DNA from: Candidatus Omnitrophota bacterium
Lineage (GTDB): Bacteria > Omnitrophota > Gorgyraeia > Tantalellales > Tantalellaceae
DNA length: 64,000 nucleotides
Assembly: GCA_049643885.1 (NCBI GenBank)
Contig: JBARQV010000055.1
Coordinates: forward strand, 9,052 to 73,051
Direction: 5' to 3'
The stretch's first letter is position 1. Each line of letters starts with the position of its first letter. The position numbers were made by a program, and so were the translations under genes. Positions 18,275 through 28,260 of this stretch are shown in pieces. The notes beneath the pieces are model-generated. The model was not told the DNA's origin, made no database searches, and saw only the letters and a list, made by a program, of their open reading frames with translations.

Positions 18275-18635
18275 CGAAACTCTTTCCCTCCAGATATTTT
18301 GAAAGCGCCAGTGTGCTTATGAAACTCTGAAGCGCCCACGCTATCCCTATGTCAATATACCAGGACCTGCGGGTAGTAATGGTCAGCACCGCGCACAGGC
18401 CCACGATCAATATCCCGAGAATATCTATGGCCACGATCCTGTCAGCACCGGTAGGCCCTTTCCATATCCGGTAAAGACACATCAACGCGCCAAGTGTCAA
18501 TATATAAAGCGCCCTTCCGAAGAAACCGACCAGCGGCAGGTCCGGGTAAAACAGGAACGGAAAAGGCTTTATCAGTATCCTCGTGATGATCGCGCCTAAT
18601 ATGATCGCGCCTATGATCCACCTTATCATTTTCAT
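18267..18635 (-). CDS. Mrp antiporter subunit F-like (MnhF/MbhB-like)
   Basis: A small 3-TM protein with the GPTGADRIVAID segment typical of MrpF. Confidence 0.6.
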   Translation of the reverse strand: MKMIRWIIGAIILGAIITRILIKPFPFLFYPDLPLVGFFGRALYILTLGALMCLYRIWKGPTGADRIVAIDILGILIVGLCAVLTITTRRSWYIDIGIAWALQSFISTLALSKYLEGKSFDD

Positions 18636-18651
18636 GATTACATCCTTATTC

Positions 18652-18692
18652 GATCCCGGATTGAGCCCTTCGGGCTCATCCGGGATGACACA
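18652..18692. repeat. Palindromic repeat unit (inverted copy of the 17211-17250 unit)
   Basis: GATCCCGGATTGAGCCCTTCGGGCTCATCCGGGATGACACAT. Confidence 0.65.
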
Positions 18693-19193
18693 TTATTCAA
18701 AAATTTTGGACAGTATTTCCTCGAACCTTTTAATAATTATTTTTGTAGCGGCCTCGGTATCTTTATCTTTTACATCGATCCAGTGGACATACAAAAAACC
18801 GTTGTCCCTGTCCACGTCCACGCTCATCGTCCCCGGCGTAAGAGTTATAGAATTCGCCAGAAAGGTAAGTCCCGTATCAGTCTTCAGTTCCGTCTTCACT
18901 TTGACGATCCCCGGATTTATGGGAAGCTTCGGGTGCAATACGCGATAAGCCACGTCGATATTCGCCTTGAAGCACTCCCACAAAAACACCGGAACATACC
19001 AGAAAATAAAATAAAACCATCGATGGGGATGGCTTAGTTTCAGGGGCTCCTGTATAAAAAAGTCACCCGTTATAAAAGCCACAAAAGCCGCTATAAATAC
19101 ACCGACGACAAGATGCTGCCAGTCAGGCATCCAGTTCAAAAAGCACCATACCACGTAAGCCAATATGAATAATATTATCCTGCTTTTCATCAC
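18693..19193 (-). CDS. Mrp antiporter subunit E-like (MnhE/MbhA-like)
   Basis: A 166-aa membrane protein with the LTPGTMSVDV motif of MnhE. Confidence 0.6.
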   Translation of the reverse strand: MMKSRIILFILAYVVWCFLNWMPDWQHLVVGVFIAAFVAFITGDFFIQEPLKLSHPHRWFYFIFWYVPVFLWECFKANIDVAYRVLHPKLPINPGIVKVKTELKTDTGLTFLANSITLTPGTMSVDVDRDNGFLYVHWIDVKDKDTEAATKIIIKRFEEILSKIFE

Positions 19194-20698
19194 CCGATCC
19201 CCTTAAACACTATCACGGCGTATTTGGTGCCTTCTAAAAGGACGTCCGTAGCGCGCTCCAGAAAAAGCTGGTTCACGCCCGCGAGTAGAAGAACGCCTCC
19301 TACCAGGCAAATAAGCGCGAGCACGCCCATTGAAAGCCTCATAAAAATTGGGACTTCTTTTACCTGCCCGCATCTTTCCTTTAACTTGTCGTAGAAAGCG
19401 TATTTCATCACCTTCATGAAAGAGGCCAAAGTCAATACGCTGGCCAAAACCGCCCAGAAGGCGTACCCATATCTTCCCGCCTGGACAGCCGCGATAATAA
19501 TTATCAACTTGCTCCAGAAACCGTTAAAAGGCGGGATCCCGGCGATCGACATCGACGCTACCAGGCAGGTCGAACCTGTCACAGGCATTTTCTGGGACAA
19601 GCCGCCCATTTTCTGGAGATCACGCGTTCCCGTTGAGTATTCGAGCGCCCCGGAATTCAAAAAGAGGAGCGATTTAAAAATAGAGTGATTGAAAAGATGG
19701 AACAGCCCACCTAGTATCCCGAGCGGCGTTCCCAAGCCGATGCCCAGTATGACATATCCTATCTGGCTTATGGAGTGATACGCGAGAAGACGCTTAAAAT
19801 CCCACTGCCCGATAGCCAGGCACACTCCCACGACCATGGACAAAGCCCCAAGAAACAAAAAGATCTCCAAAACCTTGGGGGTCATACCGAACACGTTAAA
19901 GAAGATCCTGCACAAGGTATAAATACCGAGCGATTTTATTATGACTCCCGAAAGCATGGCCGATATAGGCGCCGGGGCTGAAGGGTGAGCGTCAGGCAGC
20001 CAGGCATGGAACGGGACAAGCGCCGCCTTCAGGCCGAACCCCATGATAAAAAGTACACTTACCATGAGGATAATATTCCCCCCTCCTTTTTGGGCCAGTA
20101 TAGAAGCCATGTCCGCCATGTTCAACGTCGAAGTATAACCGTAAAGAAGGACTATGCCTAAAAGGACAAAAAGAGAGCCGACGGTGCTCATAATGGCGTA
20201 CTTAAAGGCCGCTTCAAGCTCGTGTTTTTCAGTCCCGAAAGCGACCAGCGCGTAACTCGCCACGGACGCTATTTCCAGGAACACAAAAAGATTGAATATA
20301 TCCCCGGTTATAATGACACCGTTCATCCCTGCCAGCATGAGGAGGAACAGGCTATAGAACTTCCATTTGGAGGTATATTTTTTCATGTAATCTATGGAAA
20401 AGACCGAAATACAGAACGCTACCAGATTGACCGTTACCAGCATGAACGAGGTCAGGCCGTCAAGCACCATGGCTATACCGAAAGGAGGTTTCCATGCGCC
20501 GACTCCGTACACAAGAGTTCCGTATTTGTTATATATGAAAATAGCGGCGATCGAAAGCAAAAGCGAACCCAGTGTCGACAGGTTCCCCATAAAATCCGGA
20601 AACCATTTCAGCCGTTTTCCGCCCAGGGTTACAAGAAAAGCACCGGCAAGCGGGATAACCGTAAATAAAGGAATTATATTAGCTGCTTCTACTATCAT
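19190..20698 (-). CDS. Proton-translocating antiporter-like subunit (MrpD/NuoN family)
   Basis: A 502-aa polytopic protein with the NuoL/M/N-family core (WLPDAHPSAPAPISA...). Confidence 0.85.
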   Translation of the reverse strand: MIVEAANIIPLFTVIPLAGAFLVTLGGKRLKWFPDFMGNLSTLGSLLLSIAAIFIYNKYGTLVYGVGAWKPPFGIAMVLDGLTSFMLVTVNLVAFCISVFSIDYMKKYTSKWKFYSLFLLMLAGMNGVIITGDIFNLFVFLEIASVASYALVAFGTEKHELEAAFKYAIMSTVGSLFVLLGIVLLYGYTSTLNMADMASILAQKGGGNIILMVSVLFIMGFGLKAALVPFHAWLPDAHPSAPAPISAMLSGVIIKSLGIYTLCRIFFNVFGMTPKVLEIFLFLGALSMVVGVCLAIGQWDFKRLLAYHSISQIGYVILGIGLGTPLGILGGLFHLFNHSIFKSLLFLNSGALEYSTGTRDLQKMGGLSQKMPVTGSTCLVASMSIAGIPPFNGFWSKLIIIIAAVQAGRYGYAFWAVLASVLTLASFMKVMKYAFYDKLKERCGQVKEVPIFMRLSMGVLALICLVGGVLLLAGVNQLFLERATDVLLEGTKYAVIVFKGIG

Positions 20699-21036
20699 TA
20701 TCCTCGTAGCTCCCGAATTTTAGTAATGTCAAATGTTTGGTATTTCTGGTATATCCTCATGGCAATGGCGGCCAAAAGCGCGGTCGTCGCCAGTCCGATG
20801 ACGATGGCCGTGAGGACCAGCGCCTGGGGAAGCGCGTCGACCATATTCACGATCGTCTGGTCAGGAGCATAGATCGGGGCCCGCCCGCCCTCACGATACG
20901 CGGTCAGGATAAAGAACAGATTTACCGCGTATTCCATGATTATCACACCGATTATGATCTTGATCACGTTGCGCTTCCTCAAAACACAGTAAAGGCCTAT
21001 ACTAAAAAGCACGATACTTAAAAGATAAACAGTCAT
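20698..21036 (-). CDS. MrpC/NuoK-like membrane subunit
   Basis: A 112-aa, 3-TM protein positioned between the MrpD-like and MrpB-like genes. Confidence 0.7.
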   Translation of the reverse strand: MTVYLLSIVLFSIGLYCVLRKRNVIKIIIGVIIMEYAVNLFFILTAYREGGRAPIYAPDQTIVNMVDALPQALVLTAIVIGLATTALLAAIAMRIYQKYQTFDITKIRELRG

Positions 21037-21485
21037 TATTCGTTCTCCTCGAAGATCTTCATAAGTGTCAAAGCTACAAAAATCGCGAAAAGTCCCGCAC
21101 CTACCTTAAGGCTTATCGCCACGTTACAAAGCGGGATGATCCCGGCGCTGAAAAGCTTGAAAGGTTCGCCTTTGCCCACGAAATTCAAAAAGAAATACCC
21201 GCCGGTAAACCCCAAAAGAGCTATGCTAAGAAAGAGCAGCGCGCCCATTCCTTCAAAAAAAGAAGCGACCGGACGCGGAAGCTTGCTCAATGCCACGTCT
21301 TTTCCGTAGGCCAGCATCAAATGGACAAAAGACAGAGCTATTATGACACCTCCCGCAAAACCGCCGCCGGGCGAAACGTGTCCATGCGCCACGATATATA
21401 TCCCGTACAGGAGTATGATCCCCACCGTAAGACGGGTGATGGTCTTGACGATCAGGGACATTCCTTTTTCGTGTTCTCTGCTCAT
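21036..21485 (-). CDS. MrpB-like subunit (MnhB domain)
   Basis: The HGHVSPGGGFAGG signature of MnhB. Confidence 0.7.
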   Translation of the reverse strand: MSREHEKGMSLIVKTITRLTVGIILLYGIYIVAHGHVSPGGGFAGGVIIALSFVHLMLAYGKDVALSKLPRPVASFFEGMGALLFLSIALLGFTGGYFFLNFVGKGEPFKLFSAGIIPLCNVAISLKVGAGLFAIFVALTLMKIFEENE

Positions 21486-22027
21486 CGATCTTCCTCTATC
21501 TTTTCGTCCCCTTTTATCCTTCCTATGCGCCGAACCACGGCAAGCACACCGATAACTGCCGTGAAAAGGATCGTCGCCTCGCCCAGTGTATCAAAAGCCC
21601 TGTAGTCCAGGATGACCGAAGCGACAAGGTTGGCAGCTCCGGACTGCATGAGGCCGTCTTTCAGATAAGTGCTTCCCACTCTCATTATCGGATGACCGAA
21701 CTCCGGCAGATCCTTGAAACACACGTAAGAGATCACCAGAAACGTTACGATAAAGATCACGGCAATAACGGTGTTAAGAAACCACCTGCCGGACGTCGAA
21801 AACGGCAGATCCTTCTTCAAGGTCGCCTGGATCAATATTATGAGTATCAGGATCTCTACGACCAGCTGGGTAATGGCCACGTCCGGGGCCTTGAGCATCA
21901 GAAACGCGATCGACAGTCCCAGCCCGACCGCGCCTACCGCGATGACCGAGGAAAGGAGATCCTTTACCTCTATAGCCACTATCGCGCCTATTATCATAAA
22001 TACTAAAAGCACATGCAGTTCTACCAT
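21482..22027 (-). CDS. MnhB-domain membrane subunit (MrpA C-terminal-like; MbhD/E-like)
   Basis: The NLVASVILDYRAFDTLGE motif. The start is placed at MVELHVLL just after the mrpA-like stop. Confidence 0.6.
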   Translation of the reverse strand: MVELHVLLVFMIIGAIVAIEVKDLLSSVIAVGAVGLGLSIAFLMLKAPDVAITQLVVEILILIILIQATLKKDLPFSTSGRWFLNTVIAVIFIVTFLVISYVCFKDLPEFGHPIMRVGSTYLKDGLMQSGAANLVASVILDYRAFDTLGEATILFTAVIGVLAVVRRIGRIKGDEKIEEDR

Positions 22028-23679
22028 GGTTTCCTCATCAATACATAAAACAGGACGATCATACCGAGCATGCACCAGGCCAGGTATGTGAGAAGAACCC
22101 CGTTATGTATATACCGTAACAACCTGTTAAATCCTAAAGTGATTTTAATGCCGATATCGTATATATCAAAAAACTTTTTCTCCGCCCAATCATATATCCT
22201 TTTTAAACCTCCCACCTTCCTTATGGTCTCGTAAAATTCGACTCCCGAAACTCTCATGTCGGGATGTTCTTCCACAATTTCTCCGCCCACGAATATTTCA
22301 GTGGTCCTTGTCTTCACTGCCGTACCCAAAAGATATATTATAAGACCCACAATTATCGCAGAAATCATCAAAACCGTTGCCAGCCCGGAATCCCATATTC
22401 CCGTGAACGCCGCACCGCCCCCGATACTCGGAAATATGAACATCTTAAGAGGAACGGCATAAGCAAAAATACCGAAAACGATGCACAATACGGCAAGTAC
22501 GGCCGGGGGTATCCACATTGACGGCCCGGTCTCGCCTTTTTTTCGTTCGGCTTCTGTAATTTCCCGGGAAGGCTGCCCGAGAAAAACCGAATGCACCAGT
22601 TTCATAAAACTGGCCAGTGTAAGCGCGCTGCCGAACATGGCCGCTATAAGCCATAGCACCCAGAGCGGGTTGTCCTTGGCCGTATCGATCACGCCCTGGT
22701 ATATCATCCATTTCGAAGCGAAACCGTTCAAGGGCGGTACTCCCGATATAGCCAATGAAGCTATCAGAAAAGAAGCGAAACTTACAGGCATTATCTTCGC
22801 GAACCCCCCCAGCTTTTCCAGGTCCGTAGTCCCGGTCCTTTTTTCAACCGCTCCGCCTGACAAAAACAAGCAGGATTTATAGATGGCGTTATTGAGCATA
22901 TGAAAAAGAGCGCCTGCGATGCCTATCGGGTTGCCCGTGCCGATGCCCAAGACCATATAACCGACCTGGCTTACCGCGTGATACCCAAGTAGTCTCTTTA
23001 AATCATGCTGGACAAGTGCCATCATGACAGCGGCAACTATTGTCACGCTTCCCAGGGCCATCAAAAATGTGTTCATGGCGGCATCCATCTGGAACATGTC
23101 CAGGGTCAACCTGACAAGAAAATAGATCCCCAGCAGTTTGTCGAGAGACGCAGGCAGAAAAGCAGCCACTGGCGTCGGAGCGTCTTCCGCGGTATCGGGC
23201 ACCCAGGTATGAACCGGCATGACCCCGCCCTTCGCGAACGCGCCAAGGGCCAGACACAGGTAAGCCCAGACTGCCGCGCCAGAGTCCAGGGGTATATTGA
23301 TCTTATCCATTTCAAACGCGCCGGACAGCTTCCAGACTAACCCGAGTCCCAAAAGCATAACGGCGTCCGTCCCGCCGATTATTATGAATGTTTTCTTGGC
23401 GGTATACGTTGTGCTTTCTTTCCGGCCGAATCCTATCAAAAGATAAAGAAGCAGTCCCAAAAATCCCCAGAAACCTATGAAAAGTATAAGGTTGTTCGAG
23501 AAAACCGCGCCGAGGGAAGCCGCTATGGTAAGCAATATGTAAAAGAAATACCTGATGAGCCCTTTTCTCCCTCGCATGAATCCTATTGAGTAAATAAGCA
23601 CGAGCAAAGAAAAAAGACAGACAAAGATCCCTACAAAAATGGACAGATGATCGATCCTGAAAAGCTCAGCGTTTGGCAT
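22021..23679 (-). CDS. MrpA/NuoL-like antiporter subunit (MbhH-like)
   Basis: A 552-aa polytopic NuoL-family protein (WVPDTAEDAPTPVAAF). Confidence 0.85.
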   Translation of the reverse strand: MPNAELFRIDHLSIFVGIFVCLFSLLVLIYSIGFMRGRKGLIRYFFYILLTIAASLGAVFSNNLILFIGFWGFLGLLLYLLIGFGRKESTTYTAKKTFIIIGGTDAVMLLGLGLVWKLSGAFEMDKINIPLDSGAAVWAYLCLALGAFAKGGVMPVHTWVPDTAEDAPTPVAAFLPASLDKLLGIYFLVRLTLDMFQMDAAMNTFLMALGSVTIVAAVMMALVQHDLKRLLGYHAVSQVGYMVLGIGTGNPIGIAGALFHMLNNAIYKSCLFLSGGAVEKRTGTTDLEKLGGFAKIMPVSFASFLIASLAISGVPPLNGFASKWMIYQGVIDTAKDNPLWVLWLIAAMFGSALTLASFMKLVHSVFLGQPSREITEAERKKGETGPSMWIPPAVLAVLCIVFGIFAYAVPLKMFIFPSIGGGAAFTGIWDSGLATVLMISAIIVGLIIYLLGTAVKTRTTEIFVGGEIVEEHPDMRVSGVEFYETIRKVGGLKRIYDWAEKKFFDIYDIGIKITLGFNRLLRYIHNGVLLTYLAWCMLGMIVLFYVLMRKPW

Positions 23680-24856
23680 CCCAGTCTTTCCTTATTTTTT
23701 CCGTTTTCTCCTGTGACAGCCTTACCAGATCATGTCCGGTGTACAGCTTTTTCCCCTTTGTATTACGGACAGCCATCCTCTCCGTGCAGCAGTAACACGG
23801 GTCTATCGCCGCGAGGATTATCGTAGCGTCGGATATCGTCTCTCCCTTGACAGTCGCTTTATATGTAGGAAGATTCATGAACGTAGGCGCTCTAACCTTG
23901 TGGCGCACCGGACTGTTCGTCCCGTCACTCCTTACATAATGGAAAGTTTCTCCTCTCGGCGCTTCATGAGTGCCGATGCCCTCCCCGGGAGGTATGTTCT
24001 TGATCTTCGCGTCGATCTCACCTTCCGGTAGATTCAAAAGGCATTCTTTCATTATCTTGTATGACTCGAACATCTCCAGTATTCTTACTACCACTTTATC
24101 AAAAACATCACCATTATGAGTGACTATCATGTCCCATTCCACCTTATCATAAGCCGCGTAAGGTGAATCTTTTCTGACGTCCCGGGCAACTCCGGAAGCC
24201 CGTGAAGTCGGTCCCAGAGCGGAAAAGTTTATCGATTCTTCTTTCGTTAGAATGCCTATTCCCTTTGTCCGGGCGTGAAGCACAGGGTCATCCACTACCG
24301 CTTTTTTCAGCATGTTCAGTGTGGGAATTATGGAATCAATTTTCTTGATCACCACAGGTATGTCTTCCTTCTTTATATCTCTTCTTACCCCTCCCGGCTT
24401 GAACATGGCGTAGTTATTCCTGTTCCCGGAAAGTATTTCCATAACATCCAATATCTCTTCCCTCAATTTCCAGGCCCACATATAGACAGTGTTGTATCCC
24501 AAAAAATGTCCCGCGAGGCCAAGCCACAATAGGTGGGAATGTATCCTTTCTCCTTCACCTATTATGGTCCTTATGTATTTAGCCCTGTCGGGGACTTCCA
24601 TGGGTATGATGTCCTCCACCGCCTGGGCATAAGCAAATGGATGGCTTGTGGAGCATATGCCGCATATTCTTTCGATCACGAATGTCGACTGGTCGAAAGT
24701 CTTCATCTCGGATAATTTCTCAATACCCCTGTGGTTGTACCCGACCTGGACATCGATATCGACGACCCTCTCACCCTCAACAGTAAGAGTGAAAAACTCA
24801 GGTTCTTCCTGAAGCGGGTGGTACGGTCCTATGGGAACTATTGTCTTCGCCATCAA
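23666..24856 (-). CDS. Group-4 [NiFe]-hydrogenase large (catalytic) subunit, NuoD-like
   Basis: The N-terminal L1 motif RICGICSTSH and the C-terminal L2 motif DPCYCCTER, that is, both Ni-Fe-ligating Cys pairs, in a 396-aa protein. Confidence 0.85.
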   Translation of the reverse strand: MMAKTIVPIGPYHPLQEEPEFFTLTVEGERVVDIDVQVGYNHRGIEKLSEMKTFDQSTFVIERICGICSTSHPFAYAQAVEDIIPMEVPDRAKYIRTIIGEGERIHSHLLWLGLAGHFLGYNTVYMWAWKLREEILDVMEILSGNRNNYAMFKPGGVRRDIKKEDIPVVIKKIDSIIPTLNMLKKAVVDDPVLHARTKGIGILTKEESINFSALGPTSRASGVARDVRKDSPYAAYDKVEWDMIVTHNGDVFDKVVVRILEMFESYKIMKECLLNLPEGEIDAKIKNIPPGEGIGTHEAPRGETFHYVRSDGTNSPVRHKVRAPTFMNLPTYKATVKGETISDATIILAAIDPCYCCTERMAVRNTKGKKLYTGHDLVRLSQEKTEKIRKDWDAKR

Positions 24857-25326
24857 ACACCTCTATCCCTTATTGCGCCCTCATCCCACTCCTTATAATC
24901 GCACCTCAAAGGATAGACACCTTCCGGCCATTCGTCAGGAAGAAGGAGTCTTCTCATATCAGGATGACCCTTGAAACTGATCCCCAGCATTTCGTTCATC
25001 TCTCTTTCTATCCAGTTTGCCGCCTCAAAAACAGGAGCAAGTGAATCGATCTCCAATCTATCTTTGGGCAGCTTTACTCTCAAAGATATCTGAAGATTTA
25101 TTTCTTCGATGATAAAATGATAAAGGATCTCCATGTGGAACCTGACATCCACGCCGGTCGCGATATTGAACCTCGCTCCCATATCTTTAAAAAGATAACT
25201 GCCGATCTTGACTATCGATTCAGGTTTTATCTCGATATAGACTCTCTTTTGGGACTTATCGAAAATATCGATAATATCGTCTTTGAATTTGCTTTTAAGA
25301 TTCTTTAAAACTTCATTCCTTGTCAT
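24853..25326 (-). CDS. NuoC-like (30 kDa) hydrogenase subunit
   Basis: ANWIEREMNEMLGISFKGHPDMRRLLL, the NuoC/EchD signature. Confidence 0.8.
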   Translation of the reverse strand: MTRNEVLKNLKSKFKDDIIDIFDKSQKRVYIEIKPESIVKIGSYLFKDMGARFNIATGVDVRFHMEILYHFIIEEINLQISLRVKLPKDRLEIDSLAPVFEAANWIEREMNEMLGISFKGHPDMRRLLLPDEWPEGVYPLRCDYKEWDEGAIRDRGV

Positions 25327-25361
25327 AATTCACTTCTCTGCTTGAGTATCCATCATCGATT

Positions 25362-25444
25362 GGGCGGGTCCTGTCGCTCAGTGCCCTGCGCGCCTCCGCG
25401 CCACTGGCTTGTGCGGTGCTCGGACACTGTCGCGCCACCCGCCC
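25362..25444 (+). repeat. GC-rich 83-nt structured repeat, copy A (GGGCGGGT...ACCCGCCC)
   Basis: It is 97-98% identical to the copies at 44575-44656 (+) and 30116-30198 (-). It has 8-bp terminal inverted repeats and an internal CAGTGTCC/GGACACTG stem. GC is about 70%, against roughly 45-50% for the flanks. Confidence 0.7.
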
Positions 25445-25485
25445 GCCGCTGACCGCAGACCGCTATGCCCTCTGCGCTCTGCTCT

Positions 25486-25911
25486 TTACTTCTTCCCTCT
25501 AACCTTCTCAATGAGCTTCACTACCCCCGCGATGATAGCTTCCGGCTTCGGGGGGCAGCCGGGAATATAAACGTCTACCGGGATGATCTTATCCAGCGGC
25601 ACGGGACAATTATAACTGTGGATGAACATGCCGCGGGACATGGAACATTCCCCTACAGCCACCACAAGCAAAGGTTTTGGCGCTTGTTCATATAATCTTT
25701 TCAATCTCTCCACGGACTTCCTATTACAAGAACCCGTGATCAGGAGCACATCTGCGTGTTTAATACTTCCGACAAGAAGCATCCCGAACCTCTCAATGTC
25801 GAACCTGGGGGTAAGACAATCGAGTATCTCGATATCGCAGTTATTACAACTACCGGTAGACAGGTGAAACACCCATGGAGACTTCAAAAGTGCTTTTAAT
25901 TTCATACTCAT
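25486..25911 (-). CDS. NuoB-like [NiFe]-hydrogenase small subunit (proximal 4Fe-4S)
   Basis: GSCNNCDIEI and VDVYIPGCPPKPE motifs. Confidence 0.85.
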   Translation of the reverse strand: MSMKLKALLKSPWVFHLSTGSCNNCDIEILDCLTPRFDIERFGMLLVGSIKHADVLLITGSCNRKSVERLKRLYEQAPKPLLVVAVGECSMSRGMFIHSYNCPVPLDKIIPVDVYIPGCPPKPEAIIAGVVKLIEKVRGKK

Positions 25912-25913
25912 GA

Positions 25914-26837
25914 TTATTTCCCTAATAATGCTAACACGACCGCTAGAGCAGCAAGAACCGTCATGGGGCCCCAGAAAAACCTCACCGCCTGGTCGATCCT
26001 CACCCGCGGGTTTGTATTCCGTATGACTGTTATTACCGCTACCAGTCCTATGTATTTCAGCACGCCGTATAAAAGATGAATACCGTCTACCCTCAAACCG
26101 CCCATGAACAGGATCATCAGGAAAAAAGGCAACGTGAACATGAGCATGTTCTTCATCAACCTGTAAACGGCGAGACCGGAACCTGAATATTCAATAAGCG
26201 CCCCTCCCGATATCTCCGTTTCCGCTTCCGGCATATCAAAAGGAACAAGGGCGAGTTTGGCCTGGGTGCACATAATGGCCACCACAAGGGCTATTACACC
26301 TGAAATGTTTCCCGCCACCACTCCGTTCGAAGCCTGAAAACTCAGGATATCCCCGATCCTTATAGAATATCCTGCTTTAATGACAGGCACTAAAAGCGCC
26401 AGGACAAAAGGAAGCTCGTAACTCAAGACAAGTTTCATCTCCCGCGAAGCACCCAAACTCGCAAAGGGATTGGCGGAGGCGAAACCCCCAATAATGATGC
26501 TTATAGAGGGAATGGTCAATAAATATATCGCGACAATAAGGTCCCCTAAAAATCCCGAGCCTGTATAGATATCATTCATCCAAAGCAAGGTCGACACCAC
26601 CACGACACTCCCGAAACCCAGGACAGGGGCCATCATGAAAGTCGCTTTTGAAGCACCGGCCGGGACAAGCGTCTCTTTTCCCAGGAGCTTGACTATGTCG
26701 ATCAAGGGCTGCAGAAGCGGCGGCCCGACTCGGTACTGCACCCGGGCAGTGACCTTCCTGTCGATCCAACTTGCCGCGAGCCCCATGGCGGCCGTCAGCA
26801 AAAATCCATAAACTAAAAGATATCCAATATAGTTCAC
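25914..26837 (-). CDS. NuoH-like membrane subunit (MbhM/EchB/HycD family)
   Basis: A 307-aa polytopic protein with the NuoH-family pattern. Confidence 0.8.
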   Translation of the reverse strand: MNYIGYLLVYGFLLTAAMGLAASWIDRKVTARVQYRVGPPLLQPLIDIVKLLGKETLVPAGASKATFMMAPVLGFGSVVVVSTLLWMNDIYTGSGFLGDLIVAIYLLTIPSISIIIGGFASANPFASLGASREMKLVLSYELPFVLALLVPVIKAGYSIRIGDILSFQASNGVVAGNISGVIALVVAIMCTQAKLALVPFDMPEAETEISGGALIEYSGSGLAVYRLMKNMLMFTLPFFLMILFMGGLRVDGIHLLYGVLKYIGLVAVITVIRNTNPRVRIDQAVRFFWGPMTVLAALAVVLALLGK

Positions 26838-27421
26838 GCTTTCTCCCTGTCCCAGTGAGTTGAATGGACTATTATGTTATCTCCTGCCAGGAATTCGTTC
26901 TCCCCGAGCTCCTTGTCAGCCTCTCTCAGGCTTAACGCCCCGTAGGGGCAAGTCGTTATGCAAAGCGGTTCTTGCTTCACGTCCCTCCGGTCCAGGCAGA
27001 AATCACAGTTGTGGACCAGGAGCGGAACAAGCTCGGGATAGATCGTCCCGTAAGGGCACGCATGCGAGCATGACCTGCAGCTTATACACCTCATGTTATG
27101 CCGCACGAGAAGAGCATCTTTCTCCTCCTCCTGCTCAAGCGCCTCTACCGGACACGCGGCGACACAGTGCGGATCCTCGCACCTGCGGCAGACAAGCGCG
27201 TAGGTAGCCAGTTCCGCCACGGAAAGGATCCCGTTATTCGCGGTCTGTCGGTGATACAAATAACTGCACTTTGTAACGCATTCTTCGCATTCACCGGAAG
27301 CGCAAACATCTAGATCGATAAAGAGCCTCTTGTCCTTGCCTTTCTTCGGCTCTACGTTCATCTTCCCCTGATGTATCTGTTCCGCGCTCGTATCCATATG
27401 GTTTTTGTCATCCCCGCGCAA
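26834..27421 (-). CDS. CooF/HycB-like multi-cluster 4Fe-4S ferredoxin
   Basis: Four CxxCxxCxxxCP-type motifs in 195 aa. Confidence 0.75.
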   Translation of the reverse strand: MRGDDKNHMDTSAEQIHQGKMNVEPKKGKDKRLFIDLDVCASGECEECVTKCSYLYHRQTANNGILSVAELATYALVCRRCEDPHCVAACPVEALEQEEEKDALLVRHNMRCISCRSCSHACPYGTIYPELVPLLVHNCDFCLDRRDVKQEPLCITTCPYGALSLREADKELGENEFLAGDNIIVHSTHWDREKA

Positions 27422-27432
27422 GCGGGGATCTA

Positions 27433-28260
27433 TTAATCCCAGATCTCGGAAAAATTCTTTATCTTGTCATACGTAAAAACTGGGCCATCCTTGCAGGCGT
27501 AATATGTCCCGATCCTGCAATGACCGCATTTACCTATGCCGCAGGACATGTTTTTTTCCATTGAAAGATAGATGTTGCCTTCTTTGAACCCCAGCTCCAG
27601 AAGTTTCATGGTCGCGAACCTCATCATTATAGGAGGTCCGCAGACGACCGCAATGCCTTTGGCGGAATCCATTTCGATACCGTCCATGATAGTGGTCACT
27701 ACCCCGACATTACCTTTCCACTCTTCGTCGCCGACATCGACCGTGAGCCTGAGATCAAGATCTTCCCTCTCGTGCCACCCGTGGATCTCGCTCCTGTAAA
27801 GCATTTCTTTGGACGCGCGGCACCCGCCTCTGAAAAACAGTTTCTTGAATTTTCCGCTCCTGTTGAAAAATTCATACATCAGGCTCCTCAAAGGCGCGTA
27901 ACCGCACCCGCCCCCGACAACCAGGACTTCCTTGCCTTCAAATTCATCCACCGGGTACCCGGTCCCGAGAGGGCCTCTCACACCGACCTTGTCACCTTTT
28001 TTAAGTTCATGGATCTTATCAGTGACTTTCCCTACCCTCATGACGGTGACTTCCAACACTTCTGTTGATTCAGGGTTTGAAGACGGCGTGAACGGCGCTT
28101 CCCCCACACCGGGAATGGTTATTTCCACAAACTGCCCGGTCTTGAAAGTCATGGGTTCTTTGGGTTTAAACCTTATCGTCTTGATGGTAGGCGTCTCGGT
28201 TATGACGTCAAGAACTTCGGCTTCGATCGGCCTGTATGGATTATTATTTTTCCCCATCAC
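27433..28260 (-). CDS. FAD/NAD(P)H-binding oxidoreductase subunit with C-terminal [2Fe-2S] (PyrK/HydG/AsrB/SudB family)
   Basis: A ferredoxin-reductase-like fold (FKTGQFVEI...GGGCGYAPL) and the C-terminal CGIGKCGHCRIG cluster motif. Confidence 0.75.
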   Translation of the reverse strand: MMGKNNNPYRPIEAEVLDVITETPTIKTIRFKPKEPMTFKTGQFVEITIPGVGEAPFTPSSNPESTEVLEVTVMRVGKVTDKIHELKKGDKVGVRGPLGTGYPVDEFEGKEVLVVGGGCGYAPLRSLMYEFFNRSGKFKKLFFRGGCRASKEMLYRSEIHGWHEREDLDLRLTVDVGDEEWKGNVGVVTTIMDGIEMDSAKGIAVVCGPPIMMRFATMKLLELGFKEGNIYLSMEKNMSCGIGKCGHCRIGTYYACKDGPVFTYDKIKNFSEIWD

